In this document: positions 27,997 through 37,426 of the stretch, piece after piece
Layout of the letters: every line of letters starts with the position of its first letter
How positions within the stretch are numbered: the stretch's first letter is position 1
Source: an uncultured Gammaproteobacteria bacterium
GTDB lineage: Bacteria > Patescibacteriota > Patescibacteriia > Magasanikbacterales > GWA2-37-8
DNA: 64,000 nt
Assembly: GCA_964533715.1 (NCBI GenBank)
Contig: CAZHNI010000004.1
Span: 13,741-77,740 of the forward strand
Reading direction: 5' to 3'
Made by a program: the position numbers and the translations under genes
The notes under the pieces: model-generated
What the model was told of the DNA's origin: nothing
Database searches by the model: none
What the model saw: the letters and a program-made list of their open reading frames with translations, nothing else

Positions 27997-28809
27997 ATGA
28001 CTTTTAATTACGAACAATCAATTTGGGGGAGAGGTGAAGCTAGTCTTAGGTGGAAAGACCCCACAGCCGTGCGGCTTAAGGAATCTCTACGGTCGCTAGG
28101 CCCTCTTGCCACAGGCGCAAAAGTGTTAGAAGTTGGCACGGGAGCCGGGCAGTTTATTCGTGCCATTAAACGCTTAAGAAGTGAGCTGGACTGTTTTGGT
28201 TGTGATATAAGTTCGGAAGCGATTCGGATTGCACGCGCCAAAAATGATGGTGTTGCCTATGAAGTAAGCCAAGACTACCATTTTCCGTATGCGGACAACT
28301 CGATGGATGCCGTGGTAATTTTTGATGTTCTTGAACATGTTGCAGACCCTAAAAAATTATTGGCAGAAGTGAATCGTGTGCTTAAAACTAGCGGCATTTT
28401 TTACGCCTTTGTTCCGTGTGAGAATGACGTTTCATCTTTGTGGCATTTGCTTAATTTTTTACATCTCAAGCGCAATCTCACACAAAAATATGCCGGGCAT
28501 ATCCAGTTTTTTAAAAGAAAGGAACTCCTTAAATTATTTCAAGAGGTCAACTTTACCATCACACGTCTGCGCTACAGCGAGCACTTTGTGGGGCAATGTC
28601 TTGGAGTCTTGGCCTTTTTATTAATGCATAGAGCCTCGCAGCGTTTAAGCGGCCAACAAATTAATAATGAAGCATATTTTACTCGTGCAAACGGTAATAC
28701 ATTTATTAGCGCTATCAAAAATTTTGTTAATCGTATCGTGTACCTAGAGTCCTCAATCTTATCTTTTTTGCCTTCACCTAATGTGCATGTAACTGTTTTT
28801 AAAAAGTAA
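27997..28809 (+). CDS. class I SAM-dependent methyltransferase
   Basis: VLEVGTGAG, GCDIS, FDVLEHV. Confidence 0.88.
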   Translation: MTFNYEQSIWGRGEASLRWKDPTAVRLKESLRSLGPLATGAKVLEVGTGAGQFIRAIKRLRSELDCFGCDISSEAIRIARAKNDGVAYEVSQDYHFPYADNSMDAVVIFDVLEHVADPKKLLAEVNRVLKTSGIFYAFVPCENDVSSLWHLLNFLHLKRNLTQKYAGHIQFFKRKELLKLFQEVNFTITRLRYSEHFVGQCLGVLAFLLMHRASQRLSGQQINNEAYFTRANGNTFISAIKNFVNRIVYLESSILSFLPSPNVHVTVFKK

Positions 28810-28839
28810 ATTATAGTGCAAAATGGCTAGGTATATAAT

Positions 28840-28951
28840 TGTCATTCCGACCGAAGTGGAGGAATCCCTTGATCCGTGAGTCACAACGGTCAAGCGATTT
28901 CTCGACTCGGCTTTCGCCTCGCCTGTCTGCGCAGGCAGGCTCGAAATGACA
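28840..28951. repeat. TGTCAT...ATGACA element, gene-less copy with nested 18-bp palindrome (28922-28939)
   Basis: tgtcattccga...gcctcg[cctgtctgcgcaggcagg]ctcgaaatgaca. Confidence 0.9.
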
Positions 28952-29006
28952 GTCAGAGCAATTCGCGAATTATTCACCAAGCTCTGTAAAACATTTATAT
29001 TCATTT

Positions 29007-29633
29007 ATGACTCGCGTCGCCCATGTTATTCCTGCGGCCTTTAATTATTTTGACGATATTCAATCGGAAGCTTTTTCTTTAGTAGAAGGTCTAGGCGAAT
29101 TGGGCATAGACAATGAAGCGTTCACTATTGAGTTTGGTGGATCAGTTTCAAAATCAAAACACGAACGGGTGGAGCGAGTGGCACCTTCTCGTTCTTTTGG
29201 TGGTCTTTCTCCTTTTGCGGACGTAGTCGATTCTTTTGATCAATTTGATATTCTGCATGTCCATTGCCCGCTTTTTGGTGCGGCCGGGAAAATAATAAAA
29301 TGGAAAAAAGCTCACCCACACATTCCGTTTCTGGTAACGTATTATCATCCAATGGCTATGCCGGATTTTTTTAGCCTCATTATTATTGGATACAATGTGT
29401 TGTATCTTCCCAAATTGTTTATTTTGGCTGATGCCGTGGCATCTCCCGAACCGCATGGTATCCCAACAGGCTTGGTTGCTAAAAACAAGCGTATCCTAGA
29501 GGTAAATAGCGTGGTAAATTTTTCAAAAAGCGAATTAACCATAATTCCGGAAGGGGAGCGCCTTGCCCGAAATTATGCCATGTTGTATACTACCCTAGCC
29601 AATTGGATCGACCACTCGAATCCACTAATTTAA
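29007..29633 (+). CDS. GT4 N-terminal domain-only protein
   Basis: RVAHVI, FDILHVHCP, FLVTYYH; lacks the nucleotide-sugar-binding C-domain. Confidence 0.65.
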   Translation: MTRVAHVIPAAFNYFDDIQSEAFSLVEGLGELGIDNEAFTIEFGGSVSKSKHERVERVAPSRSFGGLSPFADVVDSFDQFDILHVHCPLFGAAGKIIKWKKAHPHIPFLVTYYHPMAMPDFFSLIIIGYNVLYLPKLFILADAVASPEPHGIPTGLVAKNKRILEVNSVVNFSKSELTIIPEGERLARNYAMLYTTLANWIDHSNPLI

Positions 29634-29643
29634 AAAAATATAT

Positions 29644-30510
29644 ATGAATGATAAAAAATCATTTTTTGAACTGCTAGATGCAAAGGGGGCTCTTTTGGTT
29701 GGGGTTGTAGGCGGTATTCTTACTCTTGGTACAATCGGTTTTATTATTTTAGGAATTTTAGCCATTCAGGGTAAGATAGGGCTGTCGCTCGGTAGCAGTA
29801 GCGGTTCCGTGGCTGTTTTGCCAACCCAAATTCCAGGAACCAACCAACAGCAGGGTAATACACCACCCGTGCCTTCTGTGCCAAAAGCCAATCGACCAAA
29901 AGTTGAATTATTTGTAATGTCGTATTGTCCATATGGATTGCAAATGGAAAAAGCGTATATTCCGGCTTGGCAGCTGCTCAAAGATAAAGCTGATATTGAC
30001 ATTAAGTTTGTTTCATACGCCATGCATGGGCATAAAGAAGTAGAAGAAAATACCCGACAATATTGTGTTCAGAAAGGACAAAAAGATAAATTCGTTTCAT
30101 ATCTCTCCTGTTTTATTGCTAGCGGAGACAGCGCTTCGTGTTTGTCAAAGACAGGTGTTAACGAAAATAAATTAGCTAGTTGCATGTCTCAAACCGATAA
30201 ACAGTTCGGCATTTCGGCAGAAGAGAAAGATCAAAGTAAATGGTTGTCGGGTCAATTTCCCATATTTCCAATCCACAAGGGTTTAAACGATACTTATGGT
30301 GTTCAGGGTTCGCCAACTCTAATCATTAACGGCTTAAAAGCAGAAGTTGCTCGCACTCCAGAATCTGTTAAACAAGTAATCTGCGCCGCTTTTAAAAATC
30401 CTCCAGCCGAATGTGGGCAGGCCTTAAGCACACTTGCTTTTCAACCCGGGTTTGGGTCCGAAACCTCTGCCGTTGGCGGTGGGTCCGCTACACCAGGGTG
30501 TGGAACATAA
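29644..30510 (+). CDS. membrane-anchored DsbA/thioredoxin-fold protein
   Basis: TM; VELFVMSYCPYG, YGVQGSPTLIING. Confidence 0.75.
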   Translation: MNDKKSFFELLDAKGALLVGVVGGILTLGTIGFIILGILAIQGKIGLSLGSSSGSVAVLPTQIPGTNQQQGNTPPVPSVPKANRPKVELFVMSYCPYGLQMEKAYIPAWQLLKDKADIDIKFVSYAMHGHKEVEENTRQYCVQKGQKDKFVSYLSCFIASGDSASCLSKTGVNENKLASCMSQTDKQFGISAEEKDQSKWLSGQFPIFPIHKGLNDTYGVQGSPTLIINGLKAEVARTPESVKQVICAAFKNPPAECGQALSTLAFQPGFGSETSAVGGGSATPGCGT

Positions 30511-30534
30511 TTTAGGTATTTAATAACTACTCGT

Positions 30535-30837
30535 ATGGGAAGATTTAAAAAAGGGTTATTTCTTGGTGGTTTACTTGGCGCCGGGCTCATGTGGCTTAAC
30601 GCAACCCCTAAGGGTAAAGAACTGCGCTCAAAACTCGCTGCTCACTTAGAACCACTCTATAGTGAACTTAAGGTAAGCCTTAAGCAGCTTGATGGCCCGA
30701 CCAGAGAAATGTATGATGCCTTGGTGGAGCGAGCCGTAGAAGAATACTCAGCAAAAAAACAGCTAGCTCTAGAAATGAAAGATATTCTCGTTCGCGAGTT
30801 AAAGAAGAAATGGAAGGATCTTGAAAAAGAATTATAA
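30535..30837 (+). CDS. YtxH-like protein
   Basis: FKKGLFLGGLLGAGLMWL..TPKGKELR. Confidence 0.75.
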   Translation: MGRFKKGLFLGGLLGAGLMWLNATPKGKELRSKLAAHLEPLYSELKVSLKQLDGPTREMYDALVERAVEEYSAKKQLALEMKDILVRELKKKWKDLEKEL

Positions 30838-30844
30838 AATATTT

Positions 30845-30876
30845 AAAAAATCCCCCAAACTAAGGGGGATTTTTTT
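30845..30876. terminator. bidirectional terminator
   Basis: aaaaaatccccc-aaactaa-gggggattttttt between convergent genes. Confidence 0.8.
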
Positions 30877-32641
30877 GTATGTCTTCTACTACGAGTTGGA
30901 GCTCTCGATTGCCGTTCCATTCATTAACGCCAATTGTAAAGGCCATATCAATGGTATCACCTGATTTTAAATTAACTTTCCAATCGGCAGGATGTTTTTC
31001 TGGATTACCAAATCCAAAGGCAATTGTTTTGCGTACCAGATGTGATTTGTGTTTAACCATAAGTCGTAAATGTTTTCCATCTTGTCCAACCGGCTCAACG
31101 CCCATTACCGTTAGACCTTTGGCGGCGTACACCGGCTCTTCGTTGGCTTGGCCAAAAGGTTCAAATTTTGAGAGTAGGTCGTATAATTTCCAATTTACCT
31201 CATCCAAATCAACCTCAGCATCAATGTGAATTTGAGGGGTAAGGTCAAGTTCAGCCGTGCCAATTTTGGCTTTTTCAAGCATCGCCTTTTTAAACTCTTC
31301 AAGCAGACTAATGTCCTTAAGAGAAAAACCACAGGCTTGGGGGTGGCCGCCAAATTTATGAAAGAATTCGGGGACAGTTTTGAGTGCTTCAATTAAATTA
31401 AAACCAGGGACACTACGACCAGAGCCGGTTACAACACCATTGTTAAGACCCATAACAAGAGTTGGTTTATAAAACTCTTCTTTAATTCGGCTCGCAATGA
31501 GACCGAGTATACCTGTGCTCCAGCCTTCGCCAACTACAAAAATTATTGGGTTATTTTCTTGTTCAGTTTTTACAATTTGGTAACGAGCCTCAGTTACTAA
31601 ATGCTCGGTAAGTTTTTGCCGGTCAGTATTATTTTTATTAAGTTGTTCGGCTAGCCGCTCGGCTTCTTCAAGAGTCTCGGCCATAAGTAAGGCAAAGGCT
31701 ACATTGGCATGGTCCATTCGGCCGGCAGCGTTAATGCGTGGTGCAATTTGAAACCCAATGGTATGAGTGTCAAAGGTGCGCTTGGCGTTGCCCTTTTCAT
31801 CCATGAGCCCAGCGTTTGTAAGCAGGCTCTTGAGCCCGATATTGCGTGTTTTAGTTAGTACCATTAGTCCATACCGAACGAGGGTACGCGATTCACCAAG
31901 TAGTGGCACCATATCGCCGACGGTGGAAATTGAAACCAAATCAAGGAGCCACTTTTCAAAGGCCTCGTGAGTTTGACCGTCAGAAAGAAAAGGATTTTTT
32001 TTATTATCTTCAATTAATAACGCTTGAGCCAGTTTAAAAGCCACCCCACCCCCAGCCAGCGTTTTGTCTGGGTATTTTTCTCCGGGAACCAGTGGGTGAA
32101 TAATGGCATCTGCTGGTGGAAAAATTTTTGGCATGGCGTGATGGTCGGTAACAACCACCTTCATATCAAGCTCTTTGGCGAGCACAATTTCTTCGTTGTT
32201 ACTAATTCCACAATCGCAGGTAATAATTAGCTTGGTATCTTGTTCGTGGAGCAATTTTACGGTGCGTGGGTTCATGCCATAGCCGTCGGTTTCGCGGTGT
32301 GGTAAAAAAATGCCGGTATTAGTGGCTCCTAATTTTTTGAGGGTTTTTAAAATAACCGCGGCGGCGCACACTCCGTCAGCGTCATAATCACCGTGCACGA
32401 CGATTCTTTTGTTTTCGGTAATAGAATCAAAAATGAGTTTAACGGCTGCTTCCATGTCATTAAAAAGAAATGGATCGTGTAGGTCGGTTGAATAGTCCGG
32501 ATTCAAAAATTCATCAATTTTTTCTTGCGTTTTAAGGCCGCGGTTCCACAAAAGGCGGGCCACAATTGGTGGCAGCTCTGGGTGCTCATTAATAAATTCT
32601 TGCGGGGGTACCCCATTAATAATCCATTTTTTTTCGGACAC
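30860..32641 (-). CDS. recJ: single-stranded-DNA exonuclease RecJ
   Basis: GDYDADG, TCDCG, TDHH, PRINAAGR, GSGRS, FGGH, EPFGQAN. Confidence 0.97.
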   Translation of the reverse strand: MSEKKWIINGVPPQEFINEHPELPPIVARLLWNRGLKTQEKIDEFLNPDYSTDLHDPFLFNDMEAAVKLIFDSITENKRIVVHGDYDADGVCAAAVILKTLKKLGATNTGIFLPHRETDGYGMNPRTVKLLHEQDTKLIITCDCGISNNEEIVLAKELDMKVVVTDHHAMPKIFPPADAIIHPLVPGEKYPDKTLAGGGVAFKLAQALLIEDNKKNPFLSDGQTHEAFEKWLLDLVSISTVGDMVPLLGESRTLVRYGLMVLTKTRNIGLKSLLTNAGLMDEKGNAKRTFDTHTIGFQIAPRINAAGRMDHANVAFALLMAETLEEAERLAEQLNKNNTDRQKLTEHLVTEARYQIVKTEQENNPIIFVVGEGWSTGILGLIASRIKEEFYKPTLVMGLNNGVVTGSGRSVPGFNLIEALKTVPEFFHKFGGHPQACGFSLKDISLLEEFKKAMLEKAKIGTAELDLTPQIHIDAEVDLDEVNWKLYDLLSKFEPFGQANEEPVYAAKGLTVMGVEPVGQDGKHLRLMVKHKSHLVRKTIAFGFGNPEKHPADWKVNLKSGDTIDMAFTIGVNEWNGNRELQLVVEDIQKNPP

Positions 32642-32672
32642 ACTTTGTTAAATTAAATATAAGTAAAGATTG

Positions 32673-33071
32673 CTAATTTTTTTTGGAAAAAATTCCGCGA
32701 AAAGTTAAATTTCGAAAGTCCCAATACGAATCCGCCAAAAAAATAGTAAATAAAATAAACATAATTTCCAAAGACCAATAATCCAAAACAGATAGGGGGG
32801 TATCGTAACTTGCAAATAAAACAACACCAAGCGCAAGCCAGTATGCGAGACTTCGGCCGGTAAGTGCGCGGTGTTCTTGGTGTTTAATGCGCTTTCTAAT
32901 TTTTAAGAGCATTACAATGTAAAAAATTAATGCCGGCAGCGCAACATACCACTCAAATTTGTGTGCGTCTAAGCCTTGTAAATTTAGTAGTGAGAGCACC
33001 GACCATAAAATACCGGTCAAACCAAAAAAAAGAAATACAATTTCAAGTTGATATTTACGGAGGAGTACCAT
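32673..33071 (-). CDS. hypothetical membrane protein (about 4 TM)
   Basis: hydrophobic 132-aa ORF in the operon. Confidence 0.65.
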   Translation of the reverse strand: MVLLRKYQLEIVFLFFGLTGILWSVLSLLNLQGLDAHKFEWYVALPALIFYIVMLLKIRKRIKHQEHRALTGRSLAYWLALGVVLFASYDTPLSVLDYWSLEIMFILFTIFLADSYWDFRNLTFRGIFSKKN

Positions 33072-33077
33072 ATAAAT

Positions 33078-33173
33078 TTATTGGAATGCCGGTGCTATAG
33101 TAAAAAAAAGCATCGCGAAGATGCCAAGAATCGCAACGATGGTCCAAATTTTTTTAATAGTTTTTGATTTCAT
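33078..33173 (-). CDS. small single-TM protein (31 aa)
   Basis: hand-translated MKSKTIKKIWTIVAILGIFAMLFFTIAPAFQ*; starts 1 nt after the lepA stop and ends 6 nt before the next ATG. Confidence 0.7.
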   Translation of the reverse strand: MKSKTIKKIWTIVAILGIFAMLFFTIAPAFQ

Positions 33174-33174
33174 A

Positions 33175-34983
33175 TTATCTTTTGAGTACGGCTAGGTAGG
33201 TTTCGCTTGGAATGTCTACTTTACCATGGGCTTTCATGCGCTCCTTGCCTTTTTTCTGTTTTTTAAGGAGTTTCATTTTGCGCGTCACATCACCACCGCT
33301 CATTTTGGCAAGCACATCTTTGCGCAGGGCCGAGAGTCGTTCCGCCGCAATTATTTTACCACCAATGGCCGCTTGAATTTTGAGCTCAAATTGTTGTTTG
33401 GGTAAAGATTCTTTGAGTGATTCAACAATTTTTTTGCCTGTTTTGTAAGCTTCATCACGCCACACCAAGGTTGCCAAGGCTTCAACGGCATCTTCCGCTA
33501 CTAAAATATCGAGTTTTACCACGTCAGTTTTTTCGTATCCTTTATATTCGTAGTTCATGGACGCGTAGCCCGAAGTGACTGTTTTAAGTTTATCATAAAA
33601 ATCAGTTACCAGCGAGGCGAGGGGAACTTCATAGTGGAGTAGCGCTCGTTGGTCGCTTCCGGTACTAAGATATTCGGTATTAATGTAGCGGCCCCTGCGC
33701 TCGGAAATAAGCGCCATTACATTTCCTACATAGTCTTTTGGCGTTATGATGTCGAGCGTCATCCAGGGTTCTTCTACCGAGGAAATATAATTTTGGTCGG
33801 GCATCTCTTGTGGACTTTTTATTGTTAATTCTTCGCCGTTCATTTTTTTAATATGATACGCCACGCTCGGCACCGTAATAATAATTTCTACGCCGTGTTC
33901 GCGTTTAACTCGTTCCTGAAAAATATCCAGGTGGAGCATGCCTAAAAATCCGCAACGAAAACCAAAGCCCAAGGCTGTAGAGTGTTCCGGTTCGTAAATA
34001 AGCGCGGAGTCGCTCAGCTTTAGTTTATCAATAGCATCGCGCAATTCTTGGTAGTTGTCACCTTCTTTTGGAAAAATACCAGCGAATACCATTGGTTTTA
34101 CTTCTTTATAGCCAGGGAGTGATTCTTTGGCGGTTGGGGAGCCTTCTTCATCAAGTGTGGTAATGGTGTCACCAACCCGACAGTCGCGCACATCCTTAAG
34201 GCCGGTTACCACATAGCCAATTTCACCGTTTAAAAGTTCGGTGGCCGGTTTAAATTTTGGTGTGTAATAACCAATTTCCAAAATTTCGGCCTGCGCATGG
34301 GTTGAAGTGAGGTAAATTTTGTTGCCCTTAGTAAGCGTTCCATCCACCACCCGCACCGATGTTACCACACCTTTGTACTCGTTAAATTGAGAATCAAAAA
34401 TAAGAGCGCGCGGCGGCTTATTCGAAAGATCGTGTGGCGGTGGAACACGTTCCACTATCGCGGTCAACACTTCGGTTACACCCTGGCCGGTTTTACCGGA
34501 AGCCAACAGTATTTCATCTTCGCGGCAACCAAGTAGGTGAATAATTTCTGCCTTGGTTTTTGCCACGTTGGCAATAGGCATGTCAATTTTGTTGATGACC
34601 GGGATGATGGTGAGATTTTGTTCCAGTGCCAAATAGAGATTGCCAATAGTTTGGGCTTGTACACCCTGCGTTGCGTCCACTAGAAGAATTGCTCCTTCAA
34701 CGGCTGCCAGCGAGCGTGAAACTTCATAATTAAAGTCAACGTGGCCGGGGGTGTCGATGAGGTTGAGAATGTAGGAAGTAGTTTGTAGCTGGTAGGACAT
34801 GCGAACGGGAGTTAGTTTTATAGTAATACCGCGTTCGCGCTCTAAATCCATGCTATCCAAAAGTTGGCTCTTCATGTCGCGTTTCGAAACTGTTCCGGTC
34901 AATTCTAAAAAACGATCGGCCAGGGTGCTTTTTCCGTGGTCGATATGAGCAATAATGCAGAAGTTGCGAATTAGTTTGTTCAT
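33175..34983 (-). CDS. lepA: translation elongation factor 4
   Basis: IRNFCIIAHIDHGKSTLADR, GFRCGFLGMLH, GGDVTRK. Confidence 0.98.
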   Translation of the reverse strand: MNKLIRNFCIIAHIDHGKSTLADRFLELTGTVSKRDMKSQLLDSMDLERERGITIKLTPVRMSYQLQTTSYILNLIDTPGHVDFNYEVSRSLAAVEGAILLVDATQGVQAQTIGNLYLALEQNLTIIPVINKIDMPIANVAKTKAEIIHLLGCREDEILLASGKTGQGVTEVLTAIVERVPPPHDLSNKPPRALIFDSQFNEYKGVVTSVRVVDGTLTKGNKIYLTSTHAQAEILEIGYYTPKFKPATELLNGEIGYVVTGLKDVRDCRVGDTITTLDEEGSPTAKESLPGYKEVKPMVFAGIFPKEGDNYQELRDAIDKLKLSDSALIYEPEHSTALGFGFRCGFLGMLHLDIFQERVKREHGVEIIITVPSVAYHIKKMNGEELTIKSPQEMPDQNYISSVEEPWMTLDIITPKDYVGNVMALISERRGRYINTEYLSTGSDQRALLHYEVPLASLVTDFYDKLKTVTSGYASMNYEYKGYEKTDVVKLDILVAEDAVEALATLVWRDEAYKTGKKIVESLKESLPKQQFELKIQAAIGGKIIAAERLSALRKDVLAKMSGGDVTRKMKLLKKQKKGKERMKAHGKVDIPSETYLAVLKR

Positions 34984-36602
34984 AGTCGTTTGGCTTCATC
35001 AATTCCGGAGGGCACATTCCACAGCCGGAGCCAGCGTTTTTTGAAGCTATTATGCAAATGAATCATTTCTTCCACCCTCAATATGTGACAAATAACCCCA
35101 TACACGAATAGTCCAAGACTACCAGAAATAAAGCCTTGAAGCAATACTCCCCAAAAATGAGTGAGGTCAAAAATTTTCGATAAAGGATATTTTAAAAATT
35201 GAATACTCAAACCCATGGCTAAGGCGGCTACCGCAATACGCAAAAGAAGAGAAACGATTTTTCCCTCTTCAAGGTTGCCGCTTTGGAGGCGCAAGGCAAT
35301 AACCAGCATGGTAATGTTAACAATGGCACCAATGGAACTAGCCAAAGCTAAACCGGCCACTCCGAGTGGTTTCATAAAAATAAGGGCAGCAATTATACTA
35401 ATAAGTTCTGCAATTACGCCAATAGTGAAGGGTGTTTTAGTGTTGGATAAAGCATAAAAGGCGCGTGCATAGAGGGGGATAAGCGATTGTGCAAATAAAC
35501 CTAAGGCGAAAAAAGCCAAGGCATCGGCTGTGTTGATAGTGGCAATCCAATCAAATTTTCCACTTCCAAGAACTACACGTACTATTTGTGCACGCAGAAG
35601 TAGAATACCAATTGAAGATGGTATGATTAAAAAAAGCACTTGGCGCATAGTGGCGCTGAGGTTTTTTATAAAAGCCGGCCCATTGTCTTCTGCCACCGCC
35701 TTAGAAAGTACCGGAAATACAGCTAAAGCAAATGGGACGCCAATAATGCCGGTAGGAACACTTTGCAAATTGTTAGCAAAACTAAAAACGGCAACACTCC
35801 CAGCCGGCAAGAGCGACGCTAACATAGTTATAATAACCGTGTTTAGTTGTGTAATTGCTACCCCCATTGTTCGTGGAATCATCAGTTTGCCAATGAGCCT
35901 TGTTTCCTTGTCTTTTAAATCAAAATGCCATCTCCAGCGCCAACCGGCTTGGTAGGCTCCGTACACTTGGATACCGGCGTGGAGTGAAGCGCCAAGCACT
36001 ACTCCAACTCCAAGGCCTAAGGTGCCAAGCGTGGAATGTGTTAGGACGGTTGCGCCGAAAATAATGCCAAGGTTGTAAAAAATAGGTGCAATCGAATATA
36101 AAACAAACTGTTTTAGGGATTGCAAAATTCCTCCAACTACCATGGAGACCCCCAAAATTAAAGGTGACAAAAGCATGATGCGGGTAAATTGTGTTGCTAA
36201 AGCCAGACTGTCACCCGTAAACCCGGGGGCAATAATTTTTACAAAAATGGGTGCAAAAATTAGGCCAAGCCCGCAGAGTATAATTAGAGAAACGGCCAAT
36301 ATGGTAATAATGTTATTGGCCAATCGCCACGCCGGAGCTCTATCGTCGGAACGATAAAAGAGCTTGGTAAAAGTAGGAATAAAACCAGCAGTGAGAGCCC
36401 CGACAATTAAAAGATTATAAATGAGGTCAGGGATTTTAAATGCTGCATAGTAAGCGTCCAAAATTTGTCCCGCACCAAAATAGTGGGCCAAAATTCGATC
36501 CCGTACCACACCAACAACATCACTTATTAATCCAGCCGCGCCAATTACAATAGCCGCGCCGGTTACGGATTTTGATTCGGAACTAAGCAGACGCTTTATC
36601 AT
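34980..36602 (-). CDS. murJ: lipid II flippase MurJ
   Basis: DAYYAAFKIPD, GALTAGFIP, RAFYALSNTKTP; many TMs. Confidence 0.93.
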   Translation of the reverse strand: MIKRLLSSESKSVTGAAIVIGAAGLISDVVGVVRDRILAHYFGAGQILDAYYAAFKIPDLIYNLLIVGALTAGFIPTFTKLFYRSDDRAPAWRLANNIITILAVSLIILCGLGLIFAPIFVKIIAPGFTGDSLALATQFTRIMLLSPLILGVSMVVGGILQSLKQFVLYSIAPIFYNLGIIFGATVLTHSTLGTLGLGVGVVLGASLHAGIQVYGAYQAGWRWRWHFDLKDKETRLIGKLMIPRTMGVAITQLNTVIITMLASLLPAGSVAVFSFANNLQSVPTGIIGVPFALAVFPVLSKAVAEDNGPAFIKNLSATMRQVLFLIIPSSIGILLLRAQIVRVVLGSGKFDWIATINTADALAFFALGLFAQSLIPLYARAFYALSNTKTPFTIGVIAELISIIAALIFMKPLGVAGLALASSIGAIVNITMLVIALRLQSGNLEEGKIVSLLLRIAVAALAMGLSIQFLKYPLSKIFDLTHFWGVLLQGFISGSLGLFVYGVICHILRVEEMIHLHNSFKKRWLRLWNVPSGIDEAKRL

Positions 36603-36608
36603 AAAAAA

Positions 36609-37277
36609 TCACGGTAAATTTACCGTCATCACCACATAATCAGTCCCTGGACGACTTTCTTCATCTCCGGTAACGGCAATAATTCCGTCAATGGAATCTT
36701 TGTGGAACAAAACTCGTTTTGTACCCTGGTTTTCTTGATCAATTGTATAACCGGACTTACGAAGTTCTTTTTTATAATATGAAATAATAAAGCTTGGTTC
36801 GGCGTCTAATTTTTGCCATTCAATTTGCACACTGTCTCGCTTATCTGGTGCCGGCGACACTAATAATTGCCAAACTCTTTTTAAATACTCCCAACGAGTA
36901 GTAGGGGTGGCGGCAGTTTCAGCCCCTTCATCAATTCCTACATTGCCTCTAACCAACAGGGGGGAGAGTATTATTTTTGGAAAAAATCCGGCAATAGCTA
37001 CTCCACGGCTTCGATATCTTCCGGATATTATTGTTATTTGTTCAATGTTATCACGATCATAAATAGGGACGTCGGTTGGAAAATTTGCAGGAGTAGTTTT
37101 TACTGTCTTAGGCCCGGGCCCAATAATAAACCAAAGACCAACGATTATAAAAATTAAAAAAAATACTACACAGCCACAACCGGTGAGGCAAGTACGACGA
37201 AAACTCGATCGGTTTTTACTAAGTTCTTGAATAGGCGGTTCAACGATTTCAATCTTTTCAAAATTTGGTCGAGCCAT
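36609..37277 (-). CDS. hypothetical membrane protein
   Basis: CLTGCGC then TM; PANFPTDVPIY. Confidence 0.65.
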   Translation of the reverse strand: MARPNFEKIEIVEPPIQELSKNRSSFRRTCLTGCGCVVFFLIFIIVGLWFIIGPGPKTVKTTPANFPTDVPIYDRDNIEQITIISGRYRSRGVAIAGFFPKIILSPLLVRGNVGIDEGAETAATPTTRWEYLKRVWQLLVSPAPDKRDSVQIEWQKLDAEPSFIISYYKKELRKSGYTIDQENQGTKRVLFHKDSIDGIIAVTGDEESRPGTDYVVMTVNLP

Positions 37278-37426
37278 AGGGCGCCTTTATATGAGGGCAA
37301 ATAACAAAAAACTATCCACAAAATAATTTTAGAGAACAGACATAGTATACCAAAGATTACGTTCTTTGCCTAGCAAAACTAATTTGCTCTTTGTTTGCCA
37401 TATTGGTATACTTAAGTAATTCAACT

